A stretch of DNA of 64,000 bases, from IMG/VR virus record IMGVR_UViG_3300034651_000084; one strand, given 5' to 3'. A program made the position numbers and the translations under genes. The notes under the pieces are model-generated. The model saw only the letters and a list, made by a program, of their open reading frames with translations, was not told where the DNA came from and searched no databases. Below, in pieces: positions 9,222 to 19,109 of the stretch (position 1 is the stretch's first letter; every line of letters begins with the position of its first letter). This DNA comes from a virus.

Positions 9222-9380
9222 ATGGACGAACTATTAGAGAGATACTTTGAAACTTTTGGTGAATCTTTTCCAAATTTTGTTTTTACTGGAACTGATGAAG
9301 AAATGAAAGAAGTTATAAAAGAATGCATTGAAAAAAATGAGCCTTATGAACCAGAGTACAAAGAAGGAGTAATTTATTGA
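9222..9380 (+). CDS. Small acidic protein, 52 aa; candidate immunity partner of the MuF C-terminal domain
   Basis: AAGGGG RBS; MDELLERYFETFGESFPNFVFTGTDEEMKEVIKECIEKNEPYEPEYKEGVIY; starts 10 nt after the MuF stop; absent from ORF track. Confidence 0.7.
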   Translation: MDELLERYFETFGESFPNFVFTGTDEEMKEVIKECIEKNEPYEPEYKEGVIY

Positions 9381-9399
9381 CAACAAGGTAGGTGATGAT

Positions 9400-9591
9400 A
9401 TGGCAATGACGGAATTTGAGAAAAAGATTTTGCAGGAAGTTAAGGGAATCAACAAAGAACTCCATGAGTTAAATCGTATTTTAAAAAACAAACCCGGAAA
9501 AGTTGTAATTAATGGTGAAAAAGTAGCTGAAGGTATGTTTGATGCTGCTAGAGAAGTTCGGATGGGAACGAGAAGTTTAGAAAGCAGGTGA
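9400..9591 (+). CDS. Hypothetical protein
   Basis: AGGTG RBS; 63-aa ORF. Confidence 0.65.
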   Translation: MAMTEFEKKILQEVKGINKELHELNRILKNKPGKVVINGEKVAEGMFDAAREVRMGTRSLESR

Positions 9592-9637
9592 TCGCCATGC
9601 AAGTGGCATATCTGATTTTGTATTAAGGGAGTAGAAA

Positions 9638-9937
9638 ATGATAGAGAAAATTAAAGTTGGTGGTCTGACTTATTCGGTTGAACTAGTGGAATGGGAGACA
9701 GACATAAATGGCGATATGCAGTTTGGATTAATACACAAAGATACTACACGCATAGAGCTAAACACGTTGCCTAGCGAACAAATCCAAAGTCAGACGCTCA
9801 TTCACGAGGTTATGCACGCAGTATTTATGGAAGCGGGATTAGACATAGTTAACGAAGAGGATATAGTCAATCGAGTGAGTTTGATCTTATATCAAGTGTT
9901 GCAAGATAACGATTTAAGTTTTATATATAAAAAGTAA
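9638..9937 (+). CDS. Small HExxH zinc-metallopeptidase-like phage protein
   Basis: QTLIHEVMHAVF motif; AAGGGAG RBS. Confidence 0.75.
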   Translation: MIEKIKVGGLTYSVELVEWETDINGDMQFGLIHKDTTRIELNTLPSEQIQSQTLIHEVMHAVFMEAGLDIVNEEDIVNRVSLILYQVLQDNDLSFIYKK

Positions 9938-9957
9938 AGTCATCACTCATATTAGGA

Positions 9958-10212
9958 GTGGTAAGAGTGGTAAGAGTGAAAAGAAATTTTTGCAGACATG
10001 TATGGGTAGAAGTAGACAAAAGGACATATGACCTAAAATGTGAAAAGTGTGGAGTATATGTAAGACAAGGCGCTATGAGTTGGCCAACGGTTAGCAAGGA
10101 GAATTTCACTCCTACTGTTAAACCAATGATGGTAAACCATCAAAAGGAAATTGTTGAAAGAGATTTAACTAGACATTTAACAGAAGATTTAACTAAACAT
10201 TTATATATGTAA
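9958..10212 (+). CDS. Hypothetical protein with CxH...CxxC motif
   Basis: FCRHVW...KCEKCG; AGGAG RBS. Confidence 0.55.
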   Translation: MVRVVRVKRNFCRHVWVEVDKRTYDLKCEKCGVYVRQGAMSWPTVSKENFTPTVKPMMVNHQKEIVERDLTRHLTEDLTKHLYM

Positions 10213-10343
10213 ATAACTAAGTCAGCACTTATCGGGTGGTGGCTATTTTTGCTGCTCCGAAACGAGCCTAAACTAACTCTGCTAGAGAATAATAGCAACT
10301 CTAACTGGCACCGACCAGAATAAAAAGGAATGGAGATTTAAAG

Positions 10344-10937
10344 ATGAATATTAAAGAAATAATCGAGAAACATACAGACGAAGATGGAAAAATCAATCAA
10401 GAAGAATTCGAAAAGGAATTAAAAGAAGAACAGGCAAAAGCCTATGTACCAAAAGAAGATTTCAACTCTAAAAATAAAGAGCTAAAGAGCGCGAACGAAA
10501 CTTTAGAACAGCTCAAAAAAGATAATAAAAATGTCGAAACATTACAATCACAAATCAAAGCTCATGAAACAAAAGTGACTGAACTTCAAGAAGAGTTGGC
10601 TGATGAACGCAAAACATTTGCTATCAAAGAGGCACTGCAAACAGCTGGTGCGACTGATGTTGATTATATGATGTATAAACTTGGTGATGTCGAAGTCGAT
10701 GATGAAGGAAATGTAAAAGACCTAGAGAATAAAGTGAAATCATTGCAAGAAGAAAACAAAGATTTCTTTAAAGTTAAAAAAGCAACAAAAGATGATGGCA
10801 ATGGTGGTTATCGAGTAATTGATAACAAACTGGATGATGGAAATGCAACACCGTTGACCAAAAAGGATATTTACGAAAAATATCCGAATGATAAAGAAAA
10901 ACGGATTGAATTAATCCAAAAACTAGAAGAGGAGTAA
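10344..10937 (+). CDS. Capsid scaffolding protein (GP20-like)
   Basis: YVPKEDFNSKN, coiled-coil body, GATDVDYMMYKLG; directly upstream of the capsid gene. Confidence 0.88.
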   Translation: MNIKEIIEKHTDEDGKINQEEFEKELKEEQAKAYVPKEDFNSKNKELKSANETLEQLKKDNKNVETLQSQIKAHETKVTELQEELADERKTFAIKEALQTAGATDVDYMMYKLGDVEVDDEGNVKDLENKVKSLQEENKDFFKVKKATKDDGNGGYRVIDNKLDDGNATPLTKKDIYEKYPNDKEKRIELIQKLEEE

Positions 10938-10943
10938 TAAATT

Positions 10944-11795
10944 ATGCCAGTAGAATTTAATTTAGCGCCATATAGTGTTGACTTTGCAAACCAATTTGAT
11001 TTACGCACAGAAGGGTTCTTACAATTTTTTAATTTGATGTCTGTAGGGCAAGGAACATTAATTAAAGGTAAAACAGCAAATGTTGATTTAGCAGAGGACA
11101 TGACACATGCAAAAGGTGCTGAAATTTCAGAGTCTGATATTCAACTTGATGAAATAGATATTGCTGAATTAATCTTTGAAGCCACCAAAGTTCGCGTGTC
11201 ATACCAAGATATTCAAAAATTCGGTCGAGCAACAGCGATTGACCGTAAAGACAACGAATTAATTGATGCGTTGGCTGAACACATCGAAGACACTTTAATC
11301 ACGAATATGTCTGAGTTTGCTGAAGGCGCTGTGACAGCTGAAACTTACAAGCGAGGTTTAGCAAAAGCGGCTGGAGAAGTGAAATCTGTTCGAGGATTTA
11401 AAGGAGCAAAAGTTGTTGCTTTTGTGAATACACTCGATTACTACGACCACTTAGCAGATTCAGAAGTAGCCACTGCTCAAAGCTTATTTGGTATGGAATA
11501 TGTTGAAGATTTCTTAGGATACGATGCAATTTTCATGTCAAACAAGATTGCAGAAGGTGAATTTTTAGTTACGGCACGGAACAACTTAAACTTAGCACAT
11601 ATCCCGGCAAATGGTGAAGCATTCAACTCATTAGGATTAACGCCTACAGAAAACAACTTGTTAGGTGTTAAACACTACCTAGATGACGATACAGGCGACA
11701 TCCTTACTAAAGCGCATTTTGGTCTTGAGGCCTTTGGTGAACGAGTCGATGCTGTTATTAAAGTGACGATTGGTGTAGAAACAGCGGGGGAATAA
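10944..11795 (+). CDS. Major capsid protein
   Basis: 283 aa after the scaffold; strong GAGGAG RBS; position and size typical. Confidence 0.88.
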   Translation: MPVEFNLAPYSVDFANQFDLRTEGFLQFFNLMSVGQGTLIKGKTANVDLAEDMTHAKGAEISESDIQLDEIDIAELIFEATKVRVSYQDIQKFGRATAIDRKDNELIDALAEHIEDTLITNMSEFAEGAVTAETYKRGLAKAAGEVKSVRGFKGAKVVAFVNTLDYYDHLADSEVATAQSLFGMEYVEDFLGYDAIFMSNKIAEGEFLVTARNNLNLAHIPANGEAFNSLGLTPTENNLLGVKHYLDDDTGDILTKAHFGLEAFGERVDAVIKVTIGVETAGE

Positions 11796-11938
11796 TAGGC
11801 GGTACATCCTCAACCGCAGAAATAAATAATGAGGAGTATCCACTTGCTACGGGTGGCGGTTGGTATGAATTATCCAATGGTGACAAGGCGCAAGGAAAAG
11901 AAAATGCAACAGAAGCTGAAGAAGAGTTAAAGAGGTAG
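11786..11938 (+). CDS. Putative -1 frameshift extension of the major capsid protein (49 aa)
   Basis: The -1 frame is open across GCG GGG GAA TAA and encodes GIIGGTSSTAEINNEEYPLATGGGWYELSNGDKAQGKENATEAEEELKR. It has no start codon of its own and there is a pseudoknot at 11799-11835. Confidence 0.75.
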   Translation, partial: GGIIGGTSSTAEINNEEYPLATGGGWYELSNGDKAQGKENATEAEEELKR

Positions 11939-11960
11939 GCGAGAGCCTGCCTCTTTTATT
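11931..11960 (+). terminator. Intrinsic terminator after the capsid extension
   Basis: AGAGGTAGGC-GAGA-GCCTGCCTCT followed by TTTATTT. Confidence 0.8.
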
Positions 11961-11976
11961 TGAAAGGTGGTAACAA

Positions 11977-12510
11977 ATGATTATCACATTAGGAGAAGCA
12001 AAAAAAATAAATCCGACACTCGAACAGGAAGATTTAGATGCATTTGAGCAAAGCGTTCGAGCATTGACCAACAACAACTTTCAAAATCGACATGTACGAT
12101 TTAAAAATGTTGAATTAGTAGAGCCGAATATTATTAAGGTTAATGGCACAATTCGTGGTCTGCGTGAAGGCGACACATTAGAGGTCAATTATAGCCACTA
12201 TAACGATGGATTACATGTCATTGATGAAATACTCAGTGATAGCTTAAAAGTCCAAAATGAGCCATTTTTGACTGAGGAAACAAGCGGAATCATGGTAACT
12301 AAAGTGGAATATCCAGCAGATATTAAGCAGGGTATTAAAAAGTTGATTGAATATGATAAAAAGATGGCGAAAAAGATTGGGATCAAGTCTGAAACCATTT
12401 CAAGAATGAGCACAACGTATTATGATGTGAATGCAAATGATAACGTGGACGGTTACCCTGCTGCTTTGGTTTCGTTTTTAGATAAGCACGAAAAAATGAG
12501 GTGGGGCTAA
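11977..12510 (+). CDS. Head-tail adaptor/connector protein
   Basis: Position after capsid; KIGIKSETISRMSTTY...GYPAALVSFL motif. Confidence 0.75.
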   Translation: MIITLGEAKKINPTLEQEDLDAFEQSVRALTNNNFQNRHVRFKNVELVEPNIIKVNGTIRGLREGDTLEVNYSHYNDGLHVIDEILSDSLKVQNEPFLTEETSGIMVTKVEYPADIKQGIKKLIEYDKKMAKKIGIKSETISRMSTTYYDVNANDNVDGYPAALVSFLDKHEKMRWG

Positions 12511-12836
12511 TGGCTACAAAGGAGTTTGTTATTCAGAAAAAGATCGAAACAGATGATGGCATTGGTGGGCTAATTGAAACGTGGAGTGAATTTGACACGG
12601 TAGACGGTTATTTAGACCTTGTGACAGGCACAGACCTTAATACCGTTCAGAATGCGTTTGTGGAACAATCTACGCACATTTTAATTATTCCAGAATTTAC
12701 AGAGGGTATAACAGACAGTATGCGTGTAATTGATGATGATAATCGTTATTACACGATTACGTATTCTGATGACCCGGTAGGTCAGAAACACCACAATGAA
12801 ATCTATTGTAAATATGGTGGTGTAATTAATGAGTAA
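12510..12836 (+). CDS. Head closure / head-tail joining protein
   Basis: TDDGIGGLIETWSE...THILI...DPVGQKHHNEIY, SPP1 gp16-like. Confidence 0.8.
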   Translation: MATKEFVIQKKIETDDGIGGLIETWSEFDTVDGYLDLVTGTDLNTVQNAFVEQSTHILIIPEFTEGITDSMRVIDDDNRYYTITYSDDPVGQKHHNEIYCKYGGVINE

Positions 12837-13254
12837 TTTTGAATTCGAAGACAATTCTGAAGAAGCTAAGAAACAACTGAAAAACGCTAATGAAGCGGGG
12901 ATGTTAGCCGCTTTGTTATTGGCTGAAGCTAGTGGGAAAGCACTAGCGCCTGTTGATGGTGGGCAACTTAGAGATACACTAGATCATGAAATTGAAACGA
13001 ATGGCACTGAAGTTACTGGAAAAATGGGTTCGCCCCTTGATTATGCAATTTATCCAGAGTTTGGTACAGGAGAATTTGCAGAGAATGGTGCGGGGAGAAA
13101 AGGTGGATGGTCTTATCAAGACGAGGAAGGTAATTGGCGGCACACCAAAGGTCAATTGCCACAACCTTATTTGAGACCGGCTTTTAGGAATAATAGACAA
13201 CGCATTATCGATGAATTAGGAAAAGCTTATGGCGTTCAATTCAAAGGGAAGTGA
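12829..13254 (+). CDS. HK97 gp10-like tail-completion protein
   Basis: APVDGGQLRDTL, YAIYPEFGTG and QPYLRPAF motifs. Confidence 0.85.
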   Translation: MSNFEFEDNSEEAKKQLKNANEAGMLAALLLAEASGKALAPVDGGQLRDTLDHEIETNGTEVTGKMGSPLDYAIYPEFGTGEFAENGAGRKGGWSYQDEEGNWRHTKGQLPQPYLRPAFRNNRQRIIDELGKAYGVQFKGK

Positions 13255-13260
13255 TAACAA

Positions 13261-13629
13261 TTGATTGAATTTTTAAAAGAGTTAACTTCTCAATTTAAGC
13301 GGGTAACAAGCGAAAGTTTTCATGAGAATAACCAAAAAAAAGAAGTCATTTATCCTTATTTAACCTATGACTTTGACTCAGAAGCATTAGAAAGAAATCA
13401 AGACGGCTTTTACATCGATGTGGATATATTTGATAATAATTCAAGTTACATGAATATTTTTCAACTCGAAGACGAATTAAAGAAGCACTTTAAAGACAAC
13501 CGAAAACTAACAGATAAATTGTTTATCCGTTTTAACTTTTTGAGGTCTATGAAAGTACCAACGAACGACGATAAAATAAAAAGAAGAAACTTGCAATTTT
13601 ATTGCAAAGTTGATTGGAGAGATAAATAA
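13261..13629 (+). CDS. Tail terminator protein
   Basis: VIYPYLTYD...YIDVDIFD pattern; position before the major tail protein. Confidence 0.7.
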   Translation: MIEFLKELTSQFKRVTSESFHENNQKKEVIYPYLTYDFDSEALERNQDGFYIDVDIFDNNSSYMNIFQLEDELKKHFKDNRKLTDKLFIRFNFLRSMKVPTNDDKIKRRNLQFYCKVDWRDK

Positions 13630-13630
13630 A

Positions 13631-14320
13631 ATGAGTTTACAAAAATCAGGTTACACAGAAAAATCTTCCGAAAGTTTTTTAATTGATGCAGCAGTCATTT
13701 ATTCGAACGTGGCATTCTCAGAGGCCGACGGCTTTGTTGGCGAATTATTAGGGGCAACCAGTGGTGGTGTGAATTTAACGATAGAAACAGCGTATCGTGA
13801 CCGCGAAGTGGATGGAACAGGCCACACTCGTGTTAAGGGTCTAAAAGCGTTAGAGTCCGCTGTAGGAACAGCAACAGCAAATGTCAAAGAGTTAACAGCT
13901 GAAAGTATTAGAAAGTCATTAAATGGAACAATTCGCGAGGCAAGAGAAGATGAAGCTCCATCGGGCTATCAAGTTATTGAATCAAAGCGCTATGTAGAGG
14001 GCGGCGACTTTTTGGACAATGTGGCTTTTGTAGGAGTAATAAGTGGTTCGACTAAACCAATTATCGCTATTTTAGACAATGCGTTATGCACGACAGGGCT
14101 AACTATTGAGACAGAAGATAACAATGAAGCCGTTGTTGAGCAAACATTCGAAGCACATGCGGATACAGAGCAGCTTCAAAAGGATGAGTTTCCGTGGAGA
14201 ATCTTTTATCCAAATGTAGAAGGTACTACAGAAGGCACACAAGGAGCAAGTGGTCAGACACTGAACAGAAAAGTTGCAGCACCAGTAAAAAATACTAAAG
14301 AAGCTGAAGATAAAAAATAA
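13631..14320 (+). CDS. Major tail (tube) protein
   Basis: LIDAAVIYSN...LGATSGG motif; position. Confidence 0.85.
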   Translation: MSLQKSGYTEKSSESFLIDAAVIYSNVAFSEADGFVGELLGATSGGVNLTIETAYRDREVDGTGHTRVKGLKALESAVGTATANVKELTAESIRKSLNGTIREAREDEAPSGYQVIESKRYVEGGDFLDNVAFVGVISGSTKPIIAILDNALCTTGLTIETEDNNEAVVEQTFEAHADTEQLQKDEFPWRIFYPNVEGTTEGTQGASGQTLNRKVAAPVKNTKEAEDKK

Positions 14321-14337
14321 GACTAGGGGCGATTTAA

Positions 14338-14775
14338 ATGAGTTTAGAGATGCGAGAGTTAAAAGGCGATGACCTATTCACAATATTATCAATCGTTGGA
14401 AAATTGGACATCAAAGATGAATTTGTGAAGATGTTCGAAACCAATGCGGAATCAGTTTCTACAATTCAGTTATCTGATTATAAAGATAAAGACCCAACTA
14501 AAGCTGAGCAAAAGAAAATTGAAAAACAAAAAGCTAAGGCCGAGGCAGAAACCGAGGCCCGTGGTATGGAAGCAATGGCGGGCATTATGCAAACAGTGCT
14601 CTTAAATATCAATAAAATTAAAGGAGACATTAATTCTTTATTAGCTGATTTAACTGGTGAATCGATTGAAACGATTGAACAATTAGGATTAAAAGAATAC
14701 ACCGGTTTAATTGTTGCGTTTTTCAAGAAGGAAGAACTAAAAGATTTTTTCTCATCTATCGCATCATTAATGTAA
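14338..14775 (+). CDS. Tail assembly chaperone (gpG-like)
   Basis: Between tube and tape measure genes; ends KDFFSS over a slippery T TTT TTC at 14745-14751. Confidence 0.8.
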   Translation: MSLEMRELKGDDLFTILSIVGKLDIKDEFVKMFETNAESVSTIQLSDYKDKDPTKAEQKKIEKQKAKAEAETEARGMEAMAGIMQTVLLNINKIKGDINSLLADLTGESIETIEQLGLKEYTGLIVAFFKKEELKDFFSSIASLM

Positions 14776-15086
14776 ATGGTGTCGATGAATTCAAAATAAA
14801 AGATATCTTGTTTAGAAGGTATGCGAATCCGTTAGATCTCATGGGAACTTACACCCTTGAAGGTTTAGCGGATTTTATTTTGAAATTATTTAAAGAAGAG
14901 AATGAAGAGCAATTATGGGAAGTATGGCTTAATAAACCGATTGAAGATGACTTTAAAACATTTAAAGAAGAACAAGTTAAAAAGGCTCATCAAACGAAAT
15001 ATAAAATTATTTCTATTGAAGAAGAAAAAAGAAATATTAAAAACAGTATGAAATTTATCAAACCACGACCGGAAGGCGGTGAGTGA
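14751..15086 (+). CDS. Tail assembly chaperone gpT portion, reached by -1 frameshift (gpGT)
   Basis: The -1 frame is open from the slippery site into ORF 14808-15086. Confidence 0.75.
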   Translation, partial: LIYRIINVNGVDEFKIKDILFRRYANPLDLMGTYTLEGLADFILKLFKEENEEQLWEVWLNKPIEDDFKTFKEEQVKKAHQTKYKIISIEEEKRNIKNSMKFIKPRPEGGE

Positions 15087-18000
15087 TATCGAAATTTTTA
15101 AATTATTTGGCTCGATTGGAGCAGATACAGGTGAAGCCGATAAAGCTATTGATAAAGTAACGAATAATGCAAAGAAAGCCGGTAAAACTTTAGGTAATAT
15201 CGGAACTGCAATGGCAGATGTTGGGAAAAAGATGACAGCCGCTATAACACTTCCGGCAGTCGGTGCAGTTGCAGCAAGTATCGCATCATTTGCTGATTTA
15301 GAGCAGGCTATCGGTGGTATTGAAACATTGTTCAAAGGTAGTGCCGATGCAGTTATAAAAAACTCAGAGTCTGCTTATATGCGAGCGGGTGTTTCCGGAA
15401 CACAATACATGGAGCAAGTAACTAGCTTTAGTGCAACGTTGCTTCAAGGGTTAGGTGGAGACACTGAGGAAGCTGCAAAATACGCAGACACGGCCATGGT
15501 TGACATGTCAGACAATGCCAATAAATTTGGTACAAATATAGAATCTGTGCAAGATGCTTACCAAGGTTTTGCGAAAGACAACTACACCATGCTGGACAAC
15601 CTTAAGTTAGGTTATGGCGGGACGGCGGGCGAAATGGCTCGTTTGATCAATGAATCTGGTGTTCTAGGCGATACATTCGAGGCCACAGCAGAAAACGTCA
15701 ACGAAATTCCTTTTCACGTTATGGTAGAAGCGATTCATGAAATCCAAAACGAAATGGATATTACTGGTACAACAGCGCTCGAAGCAGAAGAAACGGTTTC
15801 GGGTTCTTTCGGTATGATGAAGGCTAGTCTCCAAGATTTAGCTGCTGGTTTTGGTCAAGAAGGCGCTGATATAGAAATGTTAATGGGAAACTTAGCTGAT
15901 TCCATAGGGGTCTTTGTAGATAATATCAAACGTGTTTTAGGCAATATGTGGGACAACTTACCGCTTGCTGAATGGCAAAAATGGGTCGGTGTAATCATTG
16001 TTGCTGCAGGCCCTTTGTTAGTCATGTTTGGAACATTAATTTCAGGCCTTGGAGCAGTAGTCACCGCGTTTAGTGGAGCATCTACCATAATGGGCGGACT
16101 AGCTGCTCTTTTTCCAAACCTAGCTGCAGGATTAGGGTTATTAAAAACGGCGTTTAGTACTTTGCTTGGTCCTGTTGGTTTAGTCATAGCGGCAATCGCA
16201 GGAATCGTTGCAGTCATCGTGCACTTGTATAACACTAACGAAGAGTTTAGGACAGTTGTTCAAGAAATTTGGACAAATATTCAATCGATTTTCGAAGAAG
16301 TCACACAAATCATTTCAGAAGTATTAACAATGGCGTTTGACACTCTTGCAACGTGGTGGGCAGATAATCAACAACAGTTTTACGATGTTATAGACCGTGT
16401 ATGGTCATCTATTTCAGACTTCTTTATTACGGTGTTTACAGCCATCGGAGACATAATCATGGCGGTTTGGGGGCCGATATCTTTCTGGTATCAAAACAAT
16501 CAGGAAGAGATTAAACAAACCATTGAAACGGTTTGGAGCGCAATATCTAACACCTTTATGACGATTATGGAAACAGTCGGCGGTCACGTTAGCAGAGGGT
16601 TTGAGTTGATTTCAAGCGTGATTGAATTTGTTATGCCTCATGTTCAAACAATTATTGATAACGTGATGTTTGCGATTAGTAATGTCATAAATTTAGTCAT
16701 GGCTATCATTAATAGAGACTGGGGATCTGCTTGGGAAGCAATACAAAAGATTATAGATAGTACTTGGGTTGCGATTAAAAACATTATCAGCTTAGGTATT
16801 GATATTCTAAAAACAATTATCTCGACCGCTTGGAATGCAATAAAAGAGCTAACTTCAACCGTTTGGAATAGTATAAAAGACTTTTTCTCAGAACTTTGGA
16901 CCTCAATAACTACAAGAGCAACAGAAGCCTGGAATGGATTTAAAACATTCCTTTCAGAATTATGGATTTCCATTACTACACCATTAAAAGAAACGTGGGA
17001 AGGGATTAAAACATTCTTTTCTGATACGTGGACAAGTATTTCAACAAGTACTTCAGATACCTGGAACGGTATCAAAGAATACTTTGCTAATCTTTGGAGC
17101 GGCATCGTAGCAACCGCCCAAGAAATATGGGCGCCTATCGCTGAATTCTTTACGAATTTATGGGAAGGAGTCAAACAAGTATTTACATTTGCTTGGGATG
17201 CCATTCAATTGGTTTTAACGGCTGCTTTTGGTGCTATTATGGTTTTATTTGTAACGGTTTGGAACGCTATTGCAGATGTTATAAATACCGTCATGGGGGA
17301 AATATACAATGTCATTATGACTATTTGGAACGGTATAAAAGGCTATATAGAAACCATTATGAATACCGTAAAAGGCATCATTTCAACGATTTGGGAAAAT
17401 ATCTCATCAGCTATTACAATAGCTCTCAATAATATTAAAACAACTGTTACAAACATTTGGAATACCATTAAAGATACTACTTCAACTGTATGGAACGCTG
17501 TAAGCACAGGAATCGCAAACATATGGAATCGAATTAAAACGACTATTACAAATACCGCTAATTCGGTATGGACAACAGTAAATAACGTCTGGAATCGAAT
17601 TAAAACGACAACGCAAACAATTTGGAATAATATTTCAACAACAATTATGAATATTTGGAACCGGATTAAAGGGTTAGTTACTAGCGCGATTAATGCAGTG
17701 AAAAATATCGTTACAAATACTTGGAATTCAATAAAAAGCACCACTTCCAACATTTGGAACTCAATCAGAAACACGATTACAAATGTTTGGAACCGAATCA
17801 AAACAAGTGTGTCGAATGCTATAAACCGCGTGAAAACAACAGTTACTAACGTGTTTAATTCGGTTAAAAGCAATGTGTCAAGAATTTGGAATAATATTAA
17901 AAATGCCATCACTCGACCAATTAATGATGCGAGAGATGCAGTTAAAAGAGCTATCGATAGAATTAAAGGGTTCTTTGATTTTGAATGGAGTTTACCGAAG

Positions 18001-18420
18001 TTGAAACTGCCTAGAATTAGCATTCAAGGTGGATTTAGTCTAGCACCACCAAAAGTACCAAAATTTGGTATTGAATGGTATAGAGATGGTGGTATTTTAC
18101 AAAAGGCTATGGCATTTGGCATGAATGGTAATGACATCATGGTTGGCGGAGAAGCCGGAAAAGAAGCGGTACTACCGTTAAACCGCGAAACGCTTGGCGG
18201 TATAGGTAGAGGTATCTCCGACACAATGAACATGAGCAACGCGGAATTAATAGGATTGCTCGAAGACATTAAAGAACAACTCATTGGCTTGTTGAACAAA
18301 AACGAAACGATTGTCGTACAAGTTGATGGGCGAACAATTGCACGAGTAACACGTGATCCAATGGATAGAGAATTTGGTAAAAAAGAAAGAGATAAAAATC
18401 AAGCAAAGGGGCGTAAGTAA
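15079..18420 (+). CDS. Tape measure protein
   Basis: 1113 aa with 11-residue Trp-periodic repeats and a central hydrophobic segment. Confidence 0.95.
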   Translation: MSDIEIFKLFGSIGADTGEADKAIDKVTNNAKKAGKTLGNIGTAMADVGKKMTAAITLPAVGAVAASIASFADLEQAIGGIETLFKGSADAVIKNSESAYMRAGVSGTQYMEQVTSFSATLLQGLGGDTEEAAKYADTAMVDMSDNANKFGTNIESVQDAYQGFAKDNYTMLDNLKLGYGGTAGEMARLINESGVLGDTFEATAENVNEIPFHVMVEAIHEIQNEMDITGTTALEAEETVSGSFGMMKASLQDLAAGFGQEGADIEMLMGNLADSIGVFVDNIKRVLGNMWDNLPLAEWQKWVGVIIVAAGPLLVMFGTLISGLGAVVTAFSGASTIMGGLAALFPNLAAGLGLLKTAFSTLLGPVGLVIAAIAGIVAVIVHLYNTNEEFRTVVQEIWTNIQSIFEEVTQIISEVLTMAFDTLATWWADNQQQFYDVIDRVWSSISDFFITVFTAIGDIIMAVWGPISFWYQNNQEEIKQTIETVWSAISNTFMTIMETVGGHVSRGFELISSVIEFVMPHVQTIIDNVMFAISNVINLVMAIINRDWGSAWEAIQKIIDSTWVAIKNIISLGIDILKTIISTAWNAIKELTSTVWNSIKDFFSELWTSITTRATEAWNGFKTFLSELWISITTPLKETWEGIKTFFSDTWTSISTSTSDTWNGIKEYFANLWSGIVATAQEIWAPIAEFFTNLWEGVKQVFTFAWDAIQLVLTAAFGAIMVLFVTVWNAIADVINTVMGEIYNVIMTIWNGIKGYIETIMNTVKGIISTIWENISSAITIALNNIKTTVTNIWNTIKDTTSTVWNAVSTGIANIWNRIKTTITNTANSVWTTVNNVWNRIKTTTQTIWNNISTTIMNIWNRIKGLVTSAINAVKNIVTNTWNSIKSTTSNIWNSIRNTITNVWNRIKTSVSNAINRVKTTVTNVFNSVKSNVSRIWNNIKNAITRPINDARDAVKRAIDRIKGFFDFEWSLPKLKLPRISIQGGFSLAPPKVPKFGIEWYRDGGILQKAMAFGMNGNDIMVGGEAGKEAVLPLNRETLGGIGRGISDTMNMSNAELIGLLEDIKEQLIGLLNKNETIVVQVDGRTIARVTRDPMDREFGKKERDKNQAKGRK

Positions 18421-19109
18421 TGTTAGATGTATTATTTGATGGCGAAAGTTTAACAGATGTTTTTGGGATTACGTTATCAGAGCGCCCAGTCATTCCTGTC
18501 GCAAACGCTGTTTATAGCGAGTACTCGGTACCTGGGCGAAATGGCGCTTTGCAAATATTTGAAAACTATGATGATGTGCCAATCAACTTAAAATTTAATT
18601 ATATTGACAAACGTGCGAAACCTAAGTTTCGTGAAATTGTAAATTGGTTAAGCGATAAAGAAACATTTAGATTGTCAGACAGTCAGAACTATCGTGTGTT
18701 AACGCAGCCATTGATTGGTATATCTGATGGCACCAATGATATTAAAGGGTGGTGCGATTTTGAACTTGATTTACTAACAGAATCTTTTGAGTATGAGGAC
18801 GTTGGAACAGAAAAAATCGAAGATGAGATAATTCTTTATAACCCCTCTCAGATTGATGCGCCAGTTATTATGCGCGTCTATGGGAATGGTGTATGTCGCG
18901 TGCGTATTAATGGCGACTTAATAGAACTCATTGATGTTCAAGAACAAACAACCATTGATGGCGTTTTAAAAATTGCGCATCGTGGCGGGGCTTCTCAGGA
19001 TAATAATATGAGTGGCCAGTATCCACTACTATTACCTGGAGAAAACACAATAAGTGTTGAAGGTAGTACGGAATATGTCGAAGTTGATGTTAGGTGGTGC
19101 TGGCGTTGA
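18420..19109 (+). CDS. Distal tail protein (Dit)
   Basis: VPGRNGAL motif, C-terminal LLPGENTISVEG; follows the tape measure gene. Confidence 0.85.
   Translation: MLDVLFDGESLTDVFGITLSERPVIPVANAVYSEYSVPGRNGALQIFENYDDVPINLKFNYIDKRAKPKFREIVNWLSDKETFRLSDSQNYRVLTQPLIGISDGTNDIKGWCDFELDLLTESFEYEDVGTEKIEDEIILYNPSQIDAPVIMRVYGNGVCRVRINGDLIELIDVQEQTTIDGVLKIAHRGGASQDNNMSGQYPLLLPGENTISVEGSTEYVEVDVRWCWR

Noticed and set aside
16700-17950. Repeats resembling a CRISPR or DNA repeat array
   Set aside because: These are degenerate 11-codon Trp-periodic repeats of the tape measure protein; no repeat-spacer structure and no cas genes in the window.
130-18493. Many antisense ORFs in the track (e.g. 130-432, 661-1107, 14913-15335, 16644-17204, 17343-18023)
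   Set aside because: They are shadows of well-supported plus-strand genes, with no RBS or recognisable motifs.
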